This document shows, piece by piece, positions 61,554 through 64,000 of a stretch of 64,000 bases of DNA (position 1 is the first letter of the stretch; each line of letters begins with the position of its first letter). The notes below the pieces were generated by a model. It had not been told where the DNA came from. It made no database searches and saw only the letters and a list, made by a program, of their open reading frames with translations. The stretch lies in NCBI GenBank assembly GCA_001643675.2, contig LSRY02000006.1, forward strand, positions 1,302,001 through 1,366,000, read 5' to 3'. This stretch comes from Monocercomonoides exilis PA203 (lineage: Eukaryota > Protista > Preaxostyla). The translations under genes and the position numbers were made by a program.

Positions 61554-61670
61554 TGTGAGGAAAGAGAATTTGAATTTCAAGTGGAACAATATTTTTTTAC
61601 AAAAAATTTGTGCAAATGGGACAAATTTATTTTCTTTATTAAAAAAACAACGATTTGTTCCAAACTATAA

Positions 61671-62323
61671 CACTAAAAATAATTCAAAGTCGAAAATTAT
61701 TATTCAAAGTCGAAAATGTTGCAAACGAAATCGAAAAACTTTCAATCAAAACGAAAATTTGAAAAAAAAAAATAAACGTTAAATAGAGAGAATTCAACTG
61801 AAGAAAAATAGTGTTATTCTGTTTTTGTGATATTTATCAGCAATGTTTGTGTTGTTGATTTCTGCAAATTTTGAAGATTTCGAACCAAAATAAACCAAAA
61901 AATAAACTCAAAACAAAACTTAAAAAATTTGTTTCCTTCCATAAGAAATGAGTTTTTTGATATAAAAAACGTGAAATAAAAGAGCCAATATTGCGTGCAT
62001 CATTCTTCATTAATTGTGTGTAAAAATATTAATAGAATATTTTTGTAAATCTTTTGAAAAGCAGTGTTCTTTCAATTTAAGCAAGATAATAATATTTCAG
62101 AATTTCTCTCTGATTTTTAAATTTTGTAATTGGACAAAAGAAAGCAAAGAAAAATATCTGAAAAAAGACGAAAAAACATTTAATTCACAAATATCATTGA
62201 TATTTCAACAATAACAATGTTTTTTTCGACTTTTGTTGATTTTTGTCAATTTTTTGAAAATTTGATGTTATTCGAACTTTCGATTTCGTTTGAAAGTCTT
62301 TCGATTTTGAATAATTTTTGGTG
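61671..62323. mobile_element. Old inverted-repeat element with CACTA/CACCA-like termini
   Basis: Left CACTAAAAATAATTCAAAGTCGAAA vs right reverse complement CACCAAAAATTATTCAAAATCGAAA (22/25), then shared CAAACGAAATCGAAA. Subterminal TCGAAA repeats. No clean TSD. Confidence 0.45.
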
Positions 62324-62415
62324 TATCTTTCTTAAAAGAAAATAGATCCAAACTCAAAATATATTTTTGAAAGAAATACAATATTGTTTAGTGTTTCAGA
62401 GGAAGAGCAAGAGTC

Positions 62416-64000
62416 ATGCTTTTCGCGAGTTTTAGTGTCTTTATAATTATTTACGCTCTGTTATGCACAAGATATATCTCTTGGAAAGGAGATGAATCCA
62501 AAAAGTACGATTTGCAGAAATATGGCATTGGAAGCCTTGGAGACGCAAATGAGACAAACAAAAATGTGCATTCCTCATATGATATGAATTCAATCAATGT
62601 GGTGAAGTCTAATGAGCTGCATGTTTTAGATTCATCTGACTGGTCGCAAAATACAGAAAAGATCATAAAACGATTGCAGGAGGATTCAGAGAGGGCATTT
62701 GATCATAACTCTGTTGCAGACGCACTCAATGATGCAAAAAATGAGTGGAGCTGGATTTGCAGCAGGATGATGGTCCTGAACTCGTCGTTGGCAGTTGAGC
62801 AAATAAATATAATCCAAAAAATCACTTCTACCATTTCTGTGAGAAATGAATTGTCTTCATTGTCTGTTAGTAATTGCATCATAAGCGTGGAGATGGAGTT
62901 AGAACGTTCTCCTTTTGACTGTGCAGGAGGAACGATCAGAATGACAAATATTTCTTACAGAAGTCTATTTATGAAGCGGGCGTGGCCATCTTTTGTCTCA
63001 GCAAGCTCCTGCACACAACCTTTGATGAGAGGTGTTCATGTTTTGTGTTGCACATTTTCTTCATTTTGTACCTCGTTTGCGAATCCGTTCATTGGAGATG
63101 TCGATTTGTCATTTGCCTCTGCTTCTTTTTGCTGCTTCCACAACATTTCTGTTCAGAGCAGCAACAAACACTTAAAGGAAAGGCATTCTTTGCAAGAGAG
63201 CAAAATGGAAGGCTGCATGGTAGCTGATTGCGTTTGCCCGTTTTATGGAGTGATCATTTCTGGCTCTCGTGGATGTGGCTTTAGCTCCTCAAACGCTTCT
63301 TTCATTCGTTCAAGAAACACTATTTCTTATCAGAGCTACACGAATAAAACACAATCATTTTCAGAAGGAGAAATCAAATTCGAAGATTGCACTTTTATAA
63401 AATGCAGCGCTGATAATGGTGGAGCAATAGCTGTGAGCGTAAGTGCCAAGCTCACCGTTGACAAATGCACCTTTTCTGAATGCACCGATACATTTGATGG
63501 TTTTTATGGTTATGGGGGTGCAATTTTTAGCAATGGAAGCGACTGCTACATTGAAAATTCAATATTTAATTGCTGCAAAGGAACGGGAGTACAATCTATT
63601 GGAGGAGCATTTGCTCATATAACAAATAATTTTTCTTTGATTCTTGGTTGTTCTTTTGAAAACTGTTCAGCAGCTTATGGAGGAAGCGTTGGATGGTATG
63701 TTGGAGGAAGTGGATCAATTTACAACACTATCTTCAAAGGCAACAAAGCTTTTAATTTTTATGCTGGAGTTGTATTTCTTCAGTTTCCTAAAGTTGATTT
63801 TGTGATGTCAAATTGTTATTTATTAAAAGGAGATTCGCAGCTGGGAGCAGGTGGCTTTGATGCAGCATTTAATAATTACAGTAAGATCATCAAAATTCTG
63901 TTTTGCTTATTTGAAAACAATACAGTGCAGAAAACGACACACTCCGCAGATATTTTTATTGGAAATGGATTTAGCTTAGCTGATGCCACAGTTCAGATAT
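62416..64000 (+). CDS. Cys-rich GGA(I/F)-repeat secreted/surface protein, 3'-truncated by the window (absent from the ORF track because it has no stop)
   Basis: Frame is open from ATG 62416 (MLFASFSVFIIIYALLCTR, signal-like) to the window end. Contains FEDCTFIKCSADNGGAIAV, YGGAIFS, IGGAFAH, CSFENCSAAYGGSV, and a PFYGVII motif similar to AYYGCIL in the 12664 gene. Confidence 0.85.
   Translation, partial: MLFASFSVFIIIYALLCTRYISWKGDESKKYDLQKYGIGSLGDANETNKNVHSSYDMNSINVVKSNELHVLDSSDWSQNTEKIIKRLQEDSERAFDHNSVADALNDAKNEWSWICSRMMVLNSSLAVEQINIIQKITSTISVRNELSSLSVSNCIISVEMELERSPFDCAGGTIRMTNISYRSLFMKRAWPSFVSASSCTQPLMRGVHVLCCTFSSFCTSFANPFIGDVDLSFASASFCCFHNISVQSSNKHLKERHSLQESKMEGCMVADCVCPFYGVIISGSRGCGFSSSNASFIRSRNTISYQSYTNKTQSFSEGEIKFEDCTFIKCSADNGGAIAVSVSAKLTVDKCTFSECTDTFDGFYGYGGAIFSNGSDCYIENSIFNCCKGTGVQSIGGAFAHITNNFSLILGCSFENCSAAYGGSVGWYVGGSGSIYNTIFKGNKAFNFYAGVVFLQFPKVDFVMSNCYLLKGDSQLGAGGFDAAFNNYSKIIKILFCLFENNTVQKTTHSADIFIGNGFSLADATVQI

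Noticed and set aside
60104-62214. Short ORFs at 60104, 61000, 61555 and 62014 (also 11072, 33092, 33241, 57082)
   Set aside because: F/I/K/N-biased translations of AT-rich intergenic or MITE DNA.
1-64000. Prokaryotic systems (CRISPR arrays, operons, defence loci) and tRNA/rRNA genes
   Set aside because: The sequence is intron-containing eukaryotic DNA; no repeat-spacer arrays or structured RNA gene signatures were recognised.

Overview
This is eukaryotic, AT-rich genomic DNA with short GT-AG spliceosomal introns, the standard genetic code and proteins full of Ser-run low-complexity tracts. The gene style resembles an oxymonad such as Monocercomonoides; that assignment is inference and was not checked. 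Nine protein-coding genes were reconstructed by hand: three large Cys-rich GGA(I/L)-repeat surface proteins with no visible introns (two cut by the window edges), RCL1, a UBA4/MOCS3-like adenylyltransferase, a USP20/33-like deubiquitinase, a TTBK/CK1 kinase ending in a CaaX box, a ~7,650-aa EPG5-like protein and a GH20 beta-hexosaminidase. Two islands (8.3-12.6 kb and 59.2-62.4 kb) are packed with transposon debris. They hold an intron-containing Merlin/ISXO2 transposase pseudogene split by a MITE, several MITE families with readable TIRs and target-site duplications, and a foldback element with ~307-bp apparently perfect arms. The most notable observations are: (1) the UBA4-like enzyme lacks both canonical sulfur-handling cysteines (Cys to Ala, and no rhodanese domain); (2) the EPG5-like protein is about three times normal length; (3) the TTBK-like kinase is predicted to be prenylated; (4) splice donors are mostly GTNTG; (5) TE islands sit directly upstream of the surface-protein genes. 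No tRNA, rRNA or CRISPR array was seen. All family assignments come from remembered motifs; no database searches were run.
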